NCBI GenBank assembly: GCA_030647195.1
Contig: JAUSKD010000003.1
Coordinates: 28,724-92,723, forward strand
DNA from: Candidatus Peribacter sp.
GTDB taxonomy: Bacteria > Patescibacteriota > Gracilibacteria > Peribacterales > Peribacteraceae
Direction of reading: 5' to 3'
Length of the DNA stretch: 64,000 nucleotides
Part shown: positions 52,024 to 63,384 of the stretch, in pieces
Layout: every line of letters starts with the position of its first letter
Numbering within the stretch: position 1 is the first letter of the stretch
Made by a program: the position numbers and the translations under genes
The notes under the pieces: model-generated
The model's database searches: none
Told to the model about the DNA's origin: nothing
The model's input: only the letters and a program-made list of their open reading frames with translations

Positions 52024-52090
52024 AGCTGGTAGCTGTTAGCTTTTAGCTGGTAGCAGATTTCTCAAAGCTCACAGCCAACAGCCCAAAGCT
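52024..52090. repeat. Inverted arrays of AGCTNNN heptamers
   Basis: AGCTGGT AGCTGTT AGCTTTT AGCTGGT AGC, an 8-nt spacer, then CAAAGCTCACAGCCAACAGCCCAAAGCT, which is the reverse complement of AGCTTTG GGCTGTT GGCTGTG AGCTTTG. Confidence 0.6.
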
Positions 52091-52112
52091 TCGTCTGCTA
52101 TACTGTCGTACC

Positions 52113-54449
52113 GTGCGACGGATGCTGGTTCTTCTCATCGGGCTCCTTGTCTCGACGGCCTCCGCGCAGTCGCAGCCTTTTCTCGATTCAGAAGGTCACC
52201 CGCAGGGTCCGCAGATCGAGATCCTCCACATTCATGGCATCGTGCAGGGGTACGGGTACGGGCTGTATCGCCCCGATGTTCCGATCAACCGTGCGGAATT
52301 TTTGAAGATCCTCACGCTCGCCGTGTATGGACAAGAGATGGCCGGTTCTGCCATCCCGTGCTTCACGGACTTCAGCGGCGCACCGCAGTGGTTCTGGGGT
52401 CCCGCCTGCATCGCAGAGCAGAACGGGATTATCATGGGATACCCGGACGGCACATTTCGCGGTGAGCAAACCGTGAACCTGGTCGAGGCGCTCGCCATGG
52501 CGGAGCGCGCGTGGCAGATGCCGGCACCCTATTACTTCCATCAGCCGTCCCACTGGTATGACAAGTACTTCGATGCGGTGTTGGACCGCGGCGTTTCCGA
52601 ATACTTCCTCGGCAATCCCGGGCACCTGCTCACGCGCGGGGATGCCGCATGGCTTCTGGTCGCTCTCGGTCAGCATCTCTCCACCGTGGGAGAGCCCGTA
52701 TCCTCCTCCTCGGTCTCGTCCCTCTCTTCAGTCTCGTCGGCCTCCTCGGTTTCCTCCGTCTACGTCCATAACGTCTGCGGCAACAGGGTCAAAGAGGGCA
52801 CGGAACAGTGCGACGACGGCAATGCCGAGGACGGGGATGGCTGCAGCTCGATCTGTGTCATCGTGCCCGAGCCGATTCAGCACTCCGCCATTCGTCTGGA
52901 CCAGCGGGCCCTCGGCACGGATACGGTCGCCGGCGGATCCAGCCAGACCGTCCTTTTCTCTTTCGATGCCAACGCCCGCTGGCAGGATGCCATCCTCACG
53001 GGGCTCAAGTTCGATGCGGAATTCGGAGCCTTCACCGCCGCGGTGAATTACCGGCTGTACGAGGACCAGGACGGCGATGGCAAGCCGGAGTCGCAGGTGA
53101 GTTCGGGGCTGGTGCGCGACAACGTGCTGGCCTTCTCGGGCATCGGAGCGCGGATCTTCGAAAGTCGCGGAAAGCGATTCGAGATCCGGGCGGATCTGGT
53201 GCAGACCTCGGGCCATCTGGCGCTGGCATTCCGCACGTCAGACAGCGCGTACGTTGAAGCCGTCGGCGCCATCGACGGGCGGGAGCTCGTCGGCATCCGC
53301 ACGGATCAGGGGGGCTGTCCCCGTGCCGACAACTGCTGGATCGCGGTCTACACGCTGGAGTCCGCGCCCGTCACGCTCACGGATCGCGGAAACCTGTTCG
53401 TCACCGAGGCTTCGCAGCCGGTCCGCAGCCATCAGCTGCTCGCAGGAGTGCAGAGTGCCGATCTGCTGCGCTTAAGCTTCCGCGCGACGGATGAAGACAT
53501 CATGATCCGGCGCATGACGATCACCGGTGCGTCCGATGCGGTTGCCGAGATTCAATTCTTCGATCCCGGCGCATCGGTACCCTTCGCCACGGCGCACACG
53601 TCCGGGTGCCGGACCCCCGCTGCGGGCAAATTCTGCACGGCCATGCAATTCACGGCGCGCAAGGACGTGTTGCGGGACGTGATCGTGCGGGCATTGCTCA
53701 CCTCTGCGGATGACGGGGCCCGCAGCGGCGTCACCGTCGCCCTCACGCTCTCCGCCGACACGTCCGGGCTCGACAAGGCCGTGGAGGCCACGGGCAACTC
53801 TTCGCAGCAGGATCTTTCGCAGAACGACGGGGATTTCAGCGCAGAGGGCGAAGTCTTCATCGGACGCGCGGCTGCGGGAGCCAACAATGCGATCACGGGG
53901 CCGACCAGCGACGTGGTACACGCCGCCCTCCGCAGCATTACAAATGCGGCTTCGTCGTCGGATGGCACAACGATTCCCACGGGGCTGCACACCATCGGCG
54001 TCTTCCGTTTCGCGGCGCAGGATAGACCGTCGGTTGCCCGTTCCTCGCGCTTGGTCACGCTCACCACGCTCTCGTTCGATGTGACGGCCACCAACGTGCT
54101 GTTCGGAACGGGCAGTTTCGCATTCGTGAATATGATGTCTCCCACTGTCGCCGCGCCGTGCACACAATCGGCCCGCACCGGGAACATCCGCGTGACGTGC
54201 TCCGGCTTCGTGACGTACGGGGTGAATACGAGCATTCCCTTCGGCGACTATGTGACCCTGGGTCTCAAGGGCAGTATCGAAAACGCCCAGATCGCGACCG
54301 GCGGGAACAGCACGCTGCAGGTGAGTCTCTCTTCCATCAATAACCGTGAAGCGACGGGCGGCGTGACGTGGAATGACGGGACCTCCGCCTTCCAGTGGGT
54401 CGATATCGGCGCATCGGAAATCAGTTCCACGCTCTACCGGATTCCGTAA
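52113..54449 (+). CDS. Large secreted SLH-domain (S-layer-like) protein with a cysteine-rich repeat
   Basis: Signal peptide; SLH motifs (YRPDVPINRAEFLKIL, GYPDGTFRGEQTVNLVEALAM); CGNRVKEGTEQCDDGNAEDGDGCSSIC. GTG start 8 nt after TATACT (52099-52104). Confidence 0.65.
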   Translation: MRRMLVLLIGLLVSTASAQSQPFLDSEGHPQGPQIEILHIHGIVQGYGYGLYRPDVPINRAEFLKILTLAVYGQEMAGSAIPCFTDFSGAPQWFWGPACIAEQNGIIMGYPDGTFRGEQTVNLVEALAMAERAWQMPAPYYFHQPSHWYDKYFDAVLDRGVSEYFLGNPGHLLTRGDAAWLLVALGQHLSTVGEPVSSSSVSSLSSVSSASSVSSVYVHNVCGNRVKEGTEQCDDGNAEDGDGCSSICVIVPEPIQHSAIRLDQRALGTDTVAGGSSQTVLFSFDANARWQDAILTGLKFDAEFGAFTAAVNYRLYEDQDGDGKPESQVSSGLVRDNVLAFSGIGARIFESRGKRFEIRADLVQTSGHLALAFRTSDSAYVEAVGAIDGRELVGIRTDQGGCPRADNCWIAVYTLESAPVTLTDRGNLFVTEASQPVRSHQLLAGVQSADLLRLSFRATDEDIMIRRMTITGASDAVAEIQFFDPGASVPFATAHTSGCRTPAAGKFCTAMQFTARKDVLRDVIVRALLTSADDGARSGVTVALTLSADTSGLDKAVEATGNSSQQDLSQNDGDFSAEGEVFIGRAAAGANNAITGPTSDVVHAALRSITNAASSSDGTTIPTGLHTIGVFRFAAQDRPSVARSSRLVTLTTLSFDVTATNVLFGTGSFAFVNMMSPTVAAPCTQSARTGNIRVTCSGFVTYGVNTSIPFGDYVTLGLKGSIENAQIATGGNSTLQVSLSSINNREATGGVTWNDGTSAFQWVDIGASEISSTLYRIP

Positions 54450-54452
54450 GAA

Positions 54453-54520
54453 GTGTGTCATGGTGAGCTCTGTCGAACCATGAACACGTGAAGTCATCCT
54501 TCGACAGTGCTCAGGATGAC
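54453..54520. repeat. REP-like hairpin pair between convergent genes
   Basis: The first hairpin has a CATGGT / ACCATG stem around the loop GAGCTCTGTCGA. The second, GTCATCC-TTCGACAGTGCTCA-GGATGAC, is a 27/28 inverted copy of 31408-31435. Confidence 0.6.
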
Positions 54521-54525
54521 AGTGA

Positions 54526-56322
<1,797 letters not shown>

Positions 56323-56505
56323 GGTGTCAGAATGCTCACTTGCCCGGCGAAGCCCAAAGGGCGAAGACGGGTGAATCCCATGTACTTTACCAGAATTTGG
56401 CACTTGCGGGAATACTCCCCCCCGTGGAAAGGCGAGATTTTTTGCCTGCGTTGGCGCGGAGAAGCGCGAAAGCGACGCTCGTGATCCACGCGCAACGGGT
56501 ATACC

Positions 56506-58641
56506 ATGGAACACTTTATGGCTTCTCTGTCACCGCCCGCCGGACACACGCGCCCCGCGAAGGCACGGCAATCCATTCTCTTTCACAGCCTGCTTGCCAA
56601 CGTGCTGGTGTTCGGCGTCATCCTCGCGATGCAGCTTCTGGGCCTGTGGGGCGAGCTCTCGACCATCGCCGTGAGCGAGGTTTCTCTGCCGCAGACGGTG
56701 ATCCTGACGGATGCGCGGGGCGGGGAGCTGCGTCGTCTCTACATGGAGCAGGACCGGCTCGAGCTGGCCGATGATGCGTTTCCGCAGTTCCTCCGGCAGG
56801 CGGTCGTGGCCATCGAGGACGAGCGGTTCTTCAGTCGCGGATGCGTCGATATCCGGGCCATCGGCCGGGCGCTGATCGCCAATGCGCAGCAGAGCAAGGC
56901 GCAGGGGGCCTCGACCATCACGCAGCAGCTCGTGGGCAACCTCTTCCTCGACCGCAGCGACAAGAGCTATGCACGCAAGTCGCTCGAGATTCTGCTCGCC
57001 TGCCGTCTGGAACACACGGTCAGCCGCGACCGGATCCTGAGCATGTACCTGAACCACATGGCGTTCGGCGGGGCGCTCTATGGCGCGGAAGAGGCGAGCC
57101 AGACGTACTTCGGCGTCAGTGCCCGTTCACTGACACTTGCCCAGTCCGCCGTTCTCGCTTCGCTGCTGCAGCGGCCGACGTACTTCAGCCCCTATGGCAT
57201 CCACCTGCACACGGCCGTCACGCGCGAGGTGGCGGAGGCCGTCCGGCAGGGGCGCATCCGCTCGGTAGCAGAAATCCCTCCCGACCAAGTCACACCCGGT
57301 CTCATCGGCATCGAGCTGAATCCGTCGGGGTCCGGCGTGTACCTCGAGGGTCGCACCGATCTGGTGCTCCGGGCCATGCAGGACAGGGAATTCATCGGTG
57401 AGGCGCGCCGCCTCGCCGCCCTGAAGGAGCTCAAGTCGATGCAGTTCAATCGCCGGAAGGCAGCCGTCGTGATGCCGTACTTCTCCCTCTTCGTCGGCAG
57501 GCAGCTCAACGAGGGATCGGTGCGCGCGGACCGCCCGTGCGATGCCAGGGCCGGCGGCTGCATCGTCGAGACCACGCTCGATCCGGACCTGCAGGCGCTG
57601 GCCGAGCGGATCGTGCTCGAACACGCCGAGGAAATCCGGACGAAGTACCGTGCCCACAATATCGCGCTCGTCGCGGCCGACCGCGCAACCGGCGGAATCC
57701 TCGCGTACATCGGCAATGTGCGTTTCAGCGATACGGGCTCCGGCTCGATGATCGACATGGCGCGCGTGGCGCGCCAGCCCGGCAGTAGCTTCAAGCCCTT
57801 CGTGTACGCCGCCGCGTTCGCCGCCGGGATGAACCCCACGACGTTCCTGCTGGATGCGCCGCTCACACTCGGGCCGGATCAGCCGCGGAATTACGAGGGC
57901 GGGTACCGCGGCTGGACCCAGATCAGCCACGCGCTGGCGGCTTCGCGCAATATCCCGGCCATCCGCACGATGCTCATGATCGGCGGCGAAGAGCCGGTGC
58001 TCCAGATGGCCGCACGCACGGGCATCGTGACGCCGCTTCAGACGCTTGTGCGCTACCGCCGGTTGACGCCTGCGTTCACCTTCGGTTACCCGCTCGCCAT
58101 CGGATCCGCCGAGGTGCCGCTGCTCGAGATGGTGCAGGGGTACCTGACCCTCGCCAATGCCGGATACAAGCGGCCGCTCACGACGATCCACAGCATCCAT
58201 ACGGTCGAGGGGATCCCCCTGGATCGCCGGATCGCCGACGGGGGAGTGCAGGCCATCGAATCCCTCCATGCGCGGTGGCTCACATCCATTCTGAGCGATA
58301 CCCACATTCGTCCCACGCCCGGCTGGAACGAGGCGCTGACCGTTCCCGGCATTCAGACCGCCATGAAGACGGGCACTTCGGACCGTTGTGCAGGCATCGA
58401 CCCCGCTTCCGGCCGGTGCATTCTGCTGCCGGGTGACCTGTGGACGCTGGGCTATAGCCCGGAGTTCGTGCTGGGCATCTGGGTGGGCAATGCAGATTAC
58501 TCGCCCCTGTCGCCCACGGCCGACGGCATGAACGTGGTGGCGCCCCTGTGGAAGGAATTCATCGCAGGCGCGCACGCGCTTCGCCCCGACGGCCTGACAT
58601 ACTTTCCGCCGGAGCTGATCGAGAAGAAGAGGAGGGAGTAA
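56506..58641 (+). CDS. Class A penicillin-binding protein (transglycosylase/transpeptidase)
   Basis: GT51 motifs AIEDERFF and GASTITQQL. Transpeptidase motifs SSFKP, SRN and KTGTS. Confidence 0.9.
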   Translation: MEHFMASLSPPAGHTRPAKARQSILFHSLLANVLVFGVILAMQLLGLWGELSTIAVSEVSLPQTVILTDARGGELRRLYMEQDRLELADDAFPQFLRQAVVAIEDERFFSRGCVDIRAIGRALIANAQQSKAQGASTITQQLVGNLFLDRSDKSYARKSLEILLACRLEHTVSRDRILSMYLNHMAFGGALYGAEEASQTYFGVSARSLTLAQSAVLASLLQRPTYFSPYGIHLHTAVTREVAEAVRQGRIRSVAEIPPDQVTPGLIGIELNPSGSGVYLEGRTDLVLRAMQDREFIGEARRLAALKELKSMQFNRRKAAVVMPYFSLFVGRQLNEGSVRADRPCDARAGGCIVETTLDPDLQALAERIVLEHAEEIRTKYRAHNIALVAADRATGGILAYIGNVRFSDTGSGSMIDMARVARQPGSSFKPFVYAAAFAAGMNPTTFLLDAPLTLGPDQPRNYEGGYRGWTQISHALAASRNIPAIRTMLMIGGEEPVLQMAARTGIVTPLQTLVRYRRLTPAFTFGYPLAIGSAEVPLLEMVQGYLTLANAGYKRPLTTIHSIHTVEGIPLDRRIADGGVQAIESLHARWLTSILSDTHIRPTPGWNEALTVPGIQTAMKTGTSDRCAGIDPASGRCILLPGDLWTLGYSPEFVLGIWVGNADYSPLSPTADGMNVVAPLWKEFIAGAHALRPDGLTYFPPELIEKKRRE

Positions 58642-58804
58642 GGAGGGGGAAAACCTCCATCCCGGGTCCTTCCTCTTTTTTTGACATTACCTCCATCCCC
58701 CGACCCCTTCCTCCACAAGAGGAAGGGGAGAAACAATGACAAACACAAACATTCCCCCTCTCTATGGAGAGGGGGTGAGGGGGAGAGGTTCAGTGAAAGA
58801 ACAT

Positions 58805-58842
58805 GCAAAAACCCCGCGCCCGTCTTTCGACGGAACACGGGG
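58805..58842 (-). terminator. Rho-independent terminator of the cold-shock gene
   Basis: Minus-strand RNA reads CCCCGUG UU CCGUC GAAA GACGG G CGCGGGG UUUUUG. Confidence 0.7.
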
Positions 58843-58858
58843 AATGCTGAGAGACGAA

Positions 58859-59053
58859 TTAGGCTGCGACCACGTTTTCCGCCTTCGGACCCTTGTCGCC
58901 CTTCACGATGTCGAACGTCACAGTGTCGCCGACATTCATGCTGTCGTACTGCCCGTTGCAGGCACTGTTATGAAAAAATACATCGGCCGAACCGGGGACG
59001 GTGATAAACCCGTAACCCTTCTCGGTCTTCGTCTTGATAGTTCCTGTAGCCAT
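58859..59053 (-). CDS. Cold-shock domain protein (CspA family)
   Basis: MATGTIKTKTEKGYGFITVPG..DVFFH (RNP1/RNP2-like), 64 aa. Confidence 0.85.
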   Translation of the reverse strand: MATGTIKTKTEKGYGFITVPGSADVFFHNSACNGQYDSMNVGDTVTFDIVKGDKGPKAENVVAA

Positions 59054-59189
59054 ACTGACTGGTGGGGAAAAATAATATGTCGAATGACGAGCCATGATAG
59101 ACCGGTTTCGCTTCCTGCGCCACCGTTATCTTCGCAATATCGGTACCCCGAATTTCCGCCAGCAGAAGGGCAAAAGGGGAGGCCGGGGG

Positions 59190-60479
59190 TCAATACGCCG
59201 TGATCGAGTCCGTATCGCAGTGCTCGGGATCCTCGATGCACTTATCCAGAGCCGTGGTGCGCTCGGCACGCTTCTTGGCGAACTTGATCGTGGCGTCGAA
59301 GGTCTCTTTGGTGACGGTCGAGATCGTGGAACCGAACACCGGCACGTACTCGGTGGCGTACTCCAGCCCCTTGCCCAGGTACACGGCGCCGTGCAGCACC
59401 TTGGCTTTTCCGGCATCGATGCGGCCCTCGGCGAGCAGCTTGTTGATCTCGTCGATCTTGCCCGCCACTTCTTTGTACTCGTCGTAGACCTTCTTCAGCT
59501 TTTCCACCTGCTCGTTGAGCGCCTCGTACTGCTCAGAGGCTTTGTCATACTTGCCCTTCATCCACTCCAGGTTCTCGATGCCGCGCTTCAGATCTTTGCC
59601 GGTGCTCTCTTCCAGATACTTGAGCCCGCGCTTGGCCATCTCTTCTTTGTACTTTTCCACGTCCTCGCCATAGAGATCGTCGAAGGTATCGCTGGCGAAG
59701 CCGCCGGCCCCCTCTTTCATCTGATCCATGAGGGAGTTGGCGTACTCATCCAGGCGCTTGCTGGTCTCTTGCTGGTCCTTGATTTCCTCCATCTTCTTGA
59801 GCTGCTCATTCAGGCTCATCGTGGGATTTTGGTTGCGCAGGGCCACGAACTGCCGCGCGATCTCGGATTTCACGTCCTCGTCGTCGACGTCCGCCATGAT
59901 CGCCTCGCGCTCGGTCTTGAAGTACTGGCCCGCTACTCCCGCAGGCGCGAACTCGAACAGGTCCTTCTGCTTCTTCAAAAGCTCCTTCAATTTGTCCTGT
60001 GCATCTTTATCATCGGGATTCTTGCCTGCCTCGCTCTTGGCGGCCTCCACCTCTTCCGAAATATTCTTGAGCCCGTCCGTCGTGATGCTTTCGCCCACGC
60101 CCTCTTTGCATTTCTGGAACGCAGAGCCCGAGAGCTTTCTGCATCCATCCGGGTCGGCATGCTTCACGGCCGCGCCCAGAATGCACTCCTCGCGCGTGTA
60201 CGACATCAGCCCGCCCTTGATCTGGTCGCAGGCGCTGTAGTCACCCGTGTTCTCTGCGATGAGCAGGTAGCACTTGTCGCGCGGGGGGTTAGAGCCTTTG
60301 AAGCCCTCTCCCTTGATGTTCTCGCACTCCTCCACCTGACCTTCCTGAATGGCGGCCGCCTGGTAGCAGTGATCGGCATCGGGGAGGAAATCGCACATCA
60401 CGGCCATCAGCTCGCCCAGGCAACCCGAGAGGAAGAGCGGCGCGACGAGGAGAATGAAGAGGGAGAAGATTTTTTTCAT
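59190..60479 (-). CDS. Lipoprotein of unknown function (Cys-rich N-terminal part, coiled-coil C-terminal part)
   Basis: MKKIFSLFILLVAPLFLSGC lipobox. Confidence 0.55.
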   Translation of the reverse strand: MKKIFSLFILLVAPLFLSGCLGELMAVMCDFLPDADHCYQAAAIQEGQVEECENIKGEGFKGSNPPRDKCYLLIAENTGDYSACDQIKGGLMSYTREECILGAAVKHADPDGCRKLSGSAFQKCKEGVGESITTDGLKNISEEVEAAKSEAGKNPDDKDAQDKLKELLKKQKDLFEFAPAGVAGQYFKTEREAIMADVDDEDVKSEIARQFVALRNQNPTMSLNEQLKKMEEIKDQQETSKRLDEYANSLMDQMKEGAGGFASDTFDDLYGEDVEKYKEEMAKRGLKYLEESTGKDLKRGIENLEWMKGKYDKASEQYEALNEQVEKLKKVYDEYKEVAGKIDEINKLLAEGRIDAGKAKVLHGAVYLGKGLEYATEYVPVFGSTISTVTKETFDATIKFAKKRAERTTALDKCIEDPEHCDTDSITAY

Positions 60480-60492
60480 GGGAGGGAAGGGA

Positions 60493-60522
60493 AGCTGGTA
60501 GCTGAGAGCTGTGAGCTGAGAG
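60493..60522. repeat. AGCTNNN heptamer array (single arm) upstream of the lipoprotein gene
   Basis: AGCTGGT AGCTGAG AGCTGTG AGCTGAG AG. Confidence 0.55.
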
Positions 60523-60536
60523 AAAACGATAGAGAT

Positions 60537-60998
60537 TCAGCGACGACGGATGAGGATCAGGAGAAACCAAACTACGGCAAGCGCGCTCACGACGGCGGAC
60601 GCGATGAGGAATGGCATGGCCAGCGATCCGATGATGCCGCGTGCGATGTCGGTGTAGGGCTTTTCGCGGTAGGCCAGCTGATAGCCGAACGCGAGTGCGG
60701 GGAGGGCGACTGCCAGCACAACGAGGGGATTCAGGATCTTAAACCTGCGTAACCCCACGATCCGCTTGAGCAGGGCCACGATGTACATGACGATCAGCCC
60801 GACGAGCGCGAGCGCGGGTCCCACCGCAATGCCATACGTATCGAAGATGTCCTTCAGTTGCGCATTGCTGACCACGAGTGCAGATGGCTTTTGCAGGAAG
60901 TACGCGGCTGCGTACACCGCGACAAAGAGGAGCGCCCAGAGTAGTGGTCCCCAACCGGAGTGCAGAACACCGCGGGATTGAGGATTGGAGTCGGTCAT
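60537..60998 (-). CDS. Small integral membrane protein
   Basis: Four hydrophobic helices; start trimmed to MTDSNPQ. Confidence 0.4.
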   Translation of the reverse strand: MTDSNPQSRGVLHSGWGPLLWALLFVAVYAAAYFLQKPSALVVSNAQLKDIFDTYGIAVGPALALVGLIVMYIVALLKRIVGLRRFKILNPLVVLAVALPALAFGYQLAYREKPYTDIARGIIGSLAMPFLIASAVVSALAVVWFLLILIRRR

Positions 60999-61106
60999 GT
61001 CAAAAAGGGGGATAGCGGAGAGCAGCATAGCGGACGGATTTGGGAAGCACACGGACCGCTCTTGCTGCCGGGTGAACGCCTATTTGTTAAATTGATTAAA
61101 TAATGT

Positions 61107-61112
61107 TATAAT
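61107..61112 (+). promoter_or_regulatory. -10 box TATAAT, 6 nt upstream of ATG 61119
   Basis: Exact TATAAT in an AT-rich tract; no Shine-Dalgarno. Confidence 0.35.
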
Positions 61113-61118
61113 ACTGAA

Positions 61119-63272
61119 ATGGATAAAACCCATCTCTCTCATCGCAAACTGATAGGAATCGCCGCTTTGGTAATGGCAGGGCTGACCACATTTGCCGTCG
61201 GACGTTCTTCGGACTTTCGCGCGGATGTCTCGGGCAGCTGCGGCGCTGCGTCCGTTTCGACGGATACCTTTATCAAGACGTACCGCATGCGCGATCGGGC
61301 CGAGGGGTACGGCGTTTTGAGTACGAAAGACGGAGGATACCTCGTCACCGGCGACACCACGTGGAGCAGCGGCATGGGGGTATGGAACGCTTTCATCGTC
61401 CGGACCGATGCGAAAGGCACGGCCCTGTGGAGCCGCCAGTTCGGCAGCCAGAGCGCGGCGCAGGGCGTGCTCACAGAAACGAAGCGCCTCTCCGTGCAAA
61501 CGACGGATGGCAATTTCGTCGTGGCGGGGGACATCATCGATTTCTACGACGCTGCGTATGAGGACAGAAAAGAAGGCTGGGGGGATGTGCTCGTTACGAA
61601 GGTGAACACCAGTGGAAAAGTAATGTGGTCCACGATGGTCGGCGACTACAGCATGGATTTTCCGCAGAAGTTGTGGGCGACCTCCGACGGTGGCGTGATC
61701 CTGCTCGCCAAATTCAAGAAGACCGGATTCGGGGAGGACGTTGCAGATTTCGATGCCGTCCCTGACTACAGCGCCGTCATCAAGTTCGCCGCGGACGGCA
61801 AAGTGCAGTGGAGCAAGAAAATGAATTGGACCGCGACCGACATGGAGTACCTCTCAGACGGCAGCTTCATCGCGTTGGCCGCCATCGATCCGCGCGCAGG
61901 GGGGACAGATATGGCGACGGGCACACTGCCGACCGTCATCAAATTGGATAGCAAGTTGAAGGTGGCCTGGGCCAGGAGTATCGAGGCCCCGTCCATAGGA
62001 TTTGCGATGCCGACGGGCACCTCGAAAGCAACCATGAAAATCAATCAGATGACCATCCGCGTGCCCGGGGGCGATTTTAAGTCCGTGGAACAAACGCCCG
62101 ACGGCGGGTTCATTGCGTTCGGACGCTATCTCAATGCCGCGCAACTTCTGGGCGGCAACGCAGGTGCGATGATCAAGAGCCCCACCGATCCCATTGCTAC
62201 CGTGGCCGTGAAGGTGAACGCGCAGGGGGTGTACCAGTGGGCCCGGAGCGTCAAGACCGCCAATGGTTCCCTTGGGTTGGACCTGAAAGCCGTGAAGACG
62301 AGTGACGGCGCGTTCGTCATCATGCACACGGTCACGCGCAAGGCCGGGTCAAAAAATCTCGCGGATTTCGCGGGCAATGTGGAGGTGATGAAGGTGGACA
62401 GCGAAATGAACCCGCGGTGGGTGAAGAAGATCGATCTCGAGCGGGATGCCGCGGGCTTCGATCTGCAGCCGACGAAGGACGGCGGTGTCGCGCTGTCGGG
62501 CAGAATCATCACGACCGAGGAGCACATGATCATGGGGAGCATGGAGCCGTACGAAGAAACGCTCCTGATTAAAGCGGATACCAACGGGAACGTGAGCGGG
62601 GCTGGTGTGATCGCGGATGGCGGCCCGGTGACGGCCGCGGACCAGACTTCGCAGCTGATCATGCAGAACATGAGTGCGGGCACGGAAGAGCTGAAGCTGC
62701 CGGTCAATAAGAAGGTGAAGGCCGTGCTCTCGGACATCAAAGACAAAGAGCGCACCATCGCGGCCCCTGTCACAACGACGGTGACGCCGGTGTGCAGCAC
62801 GCTGAGTACCGGAAATTCCACGACGAAGGTCGCAAGCTCGAAGGCCAAGACCGGAAGTTCGACCGTGAGGAACAGGAGTTCGAGAAAGTCCTCCACCAGT
62901 CAGCCAACCGCTCCGGTCACGGCTCCCACGGCCGCCACGTACCCGCAGATCAATTTCGACAACGCCAAAGAAGCCCAAATCGAAACCGAGAAGAGCCGGC
63001 AGATCCATGCGGAGTTGCTCCCGATCCTCCAAAAAGTGTTCAGCGAGGTGAAGATGACTGATAACACAAGCGGCCTCTGGCTTACGTACCTCTTCCCCCG
63101 TCAGGCGACCGTTGCCGATCGCGAAGCGGTGCAGAAGGCGCTCGTGGCGCTCAACTACAAAGTGGATGAAGCCGAAGGCGGGGTGCTGCATGTCTCCAAA
63201 GTCGGCCGGTCGCTCAGGATGACCTTCTCCATCAACAATTCCATGATGGGGAAACTGGAGGTGATGCTGTGA
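61119..63272 (+). CDS. Membrane-anchored extracellular protein of unknown function (repeat-rich, beta-propeller-like; Ser/Thr-rich linker)
   Basis: N-terminal TM IGIAALVMAGLTTFAV; recurring DGG(F/Y/V) plus hydrophobic-strand pattern. Confidence 0.45.
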   Translation: MDKTHLSHRKLIGIAALVMAGLTTFAVGRSSDFRADVSGSCGAASVSTDTFIKTYRMRDRAEGYGVLSTKDGGYLVTGDTTWSSGMGVWNAFIVRTDAKGTALWSRQFGSQSAAQGVLTETKRLSVQTTDGNFVVAGDIIDFYDAAYEDRKEGWGDVLVTKVNTSGKVMWSTMVGDYSMDFPQKLWATSDGGVILLAKFKKTGFGEDVADFDAVPDYSAVIKFAADGKVQWSKKMNWTATDMEYLSDGSFIALAAIDPRAGGTDMATGTLPTVIKLDSKLKVAWARSIEAPSIGFAMPTGTSKATMKINQMTIRVPGGDFKSVEQTPDGGFIAFGRYLNAAQLLGGNAGAMIKSPTDPIATVAVKVNAQGVYQWARSVKTANGSLGLDLKAVKTSDGAFVIMHTVTRKAGSKNLADFAGNVEVMKVDSEMNPRWVKKIDLERDAAGFDLQPTKDGGVALSGRIITTEEHMIMGSMEPYEETLLIKADTNGNVSGAGVIADGGPVTAADQTSQLIMQNMSAGTEELKLPVNKKVKAVLSDIKDKERTIAAPVTTTVTPVCSTLSTGNSTTKVASSKAKTGSSTVRNRSSRKSSTSQPTAPVTAPTAATYPQINFDNAKEAQIETEKSRQIHAELLPILQKVFSEVKMTDNTSGLWLTYLFPRQATVADREAVQKALVALNYKVDEAEGGVLHVSKVGRSLRMTFSINNSMMGKLEVML

Positions 63273-63384
63273 GGGATCATTGTTCAGCCCGCGGCCAGGA
63301 ACGGCCGCTTCTCTCTGTGATAAATATTGTCCCCCCGAACCCAGCAGCAGCCCTTCGTGGCTGCGGTTTCTGTGTCAGACTTCA

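Noticed and set aside
52024-52090. Heptamer arrays as a possible CRISPR array
   Set aside because: The units are 7-8 nt with no unique spacers of 25-40 nt and no cas genes, so this is not a CRISPR array.
56398-56411. TGGCAC-TTGC, superficially like a sigma-54 promoter, upstream of the PBP gene
   Set aside because: The GG and GC dinucleotides are separated by about 6 nt rather than the required 10, so it does not fit the -24/-12 geometry.
56323-56514. 64-codon N-terminal extension of typA
   Set aside because: The GTPase G1 motif follows the internal MSIRNIAII start. The extension translates REP-like intergenic sequence and overlaps the PBP gene start.
58642-58800. GC-rich hairpins after the PBP gene (GGAGG-N7-CCTCC followed by a T7 run, CCCCTTCCTC-N5-GAGGAAGGGG, CCCCCTCTC-TATG-GAGAGGGGG)
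   Set aside because: They are probably terminator or REP-type structures between convergent genes, but the hairpin directly preceding the T-run is ambiguous. I did not call a specific plus-strand terminator.
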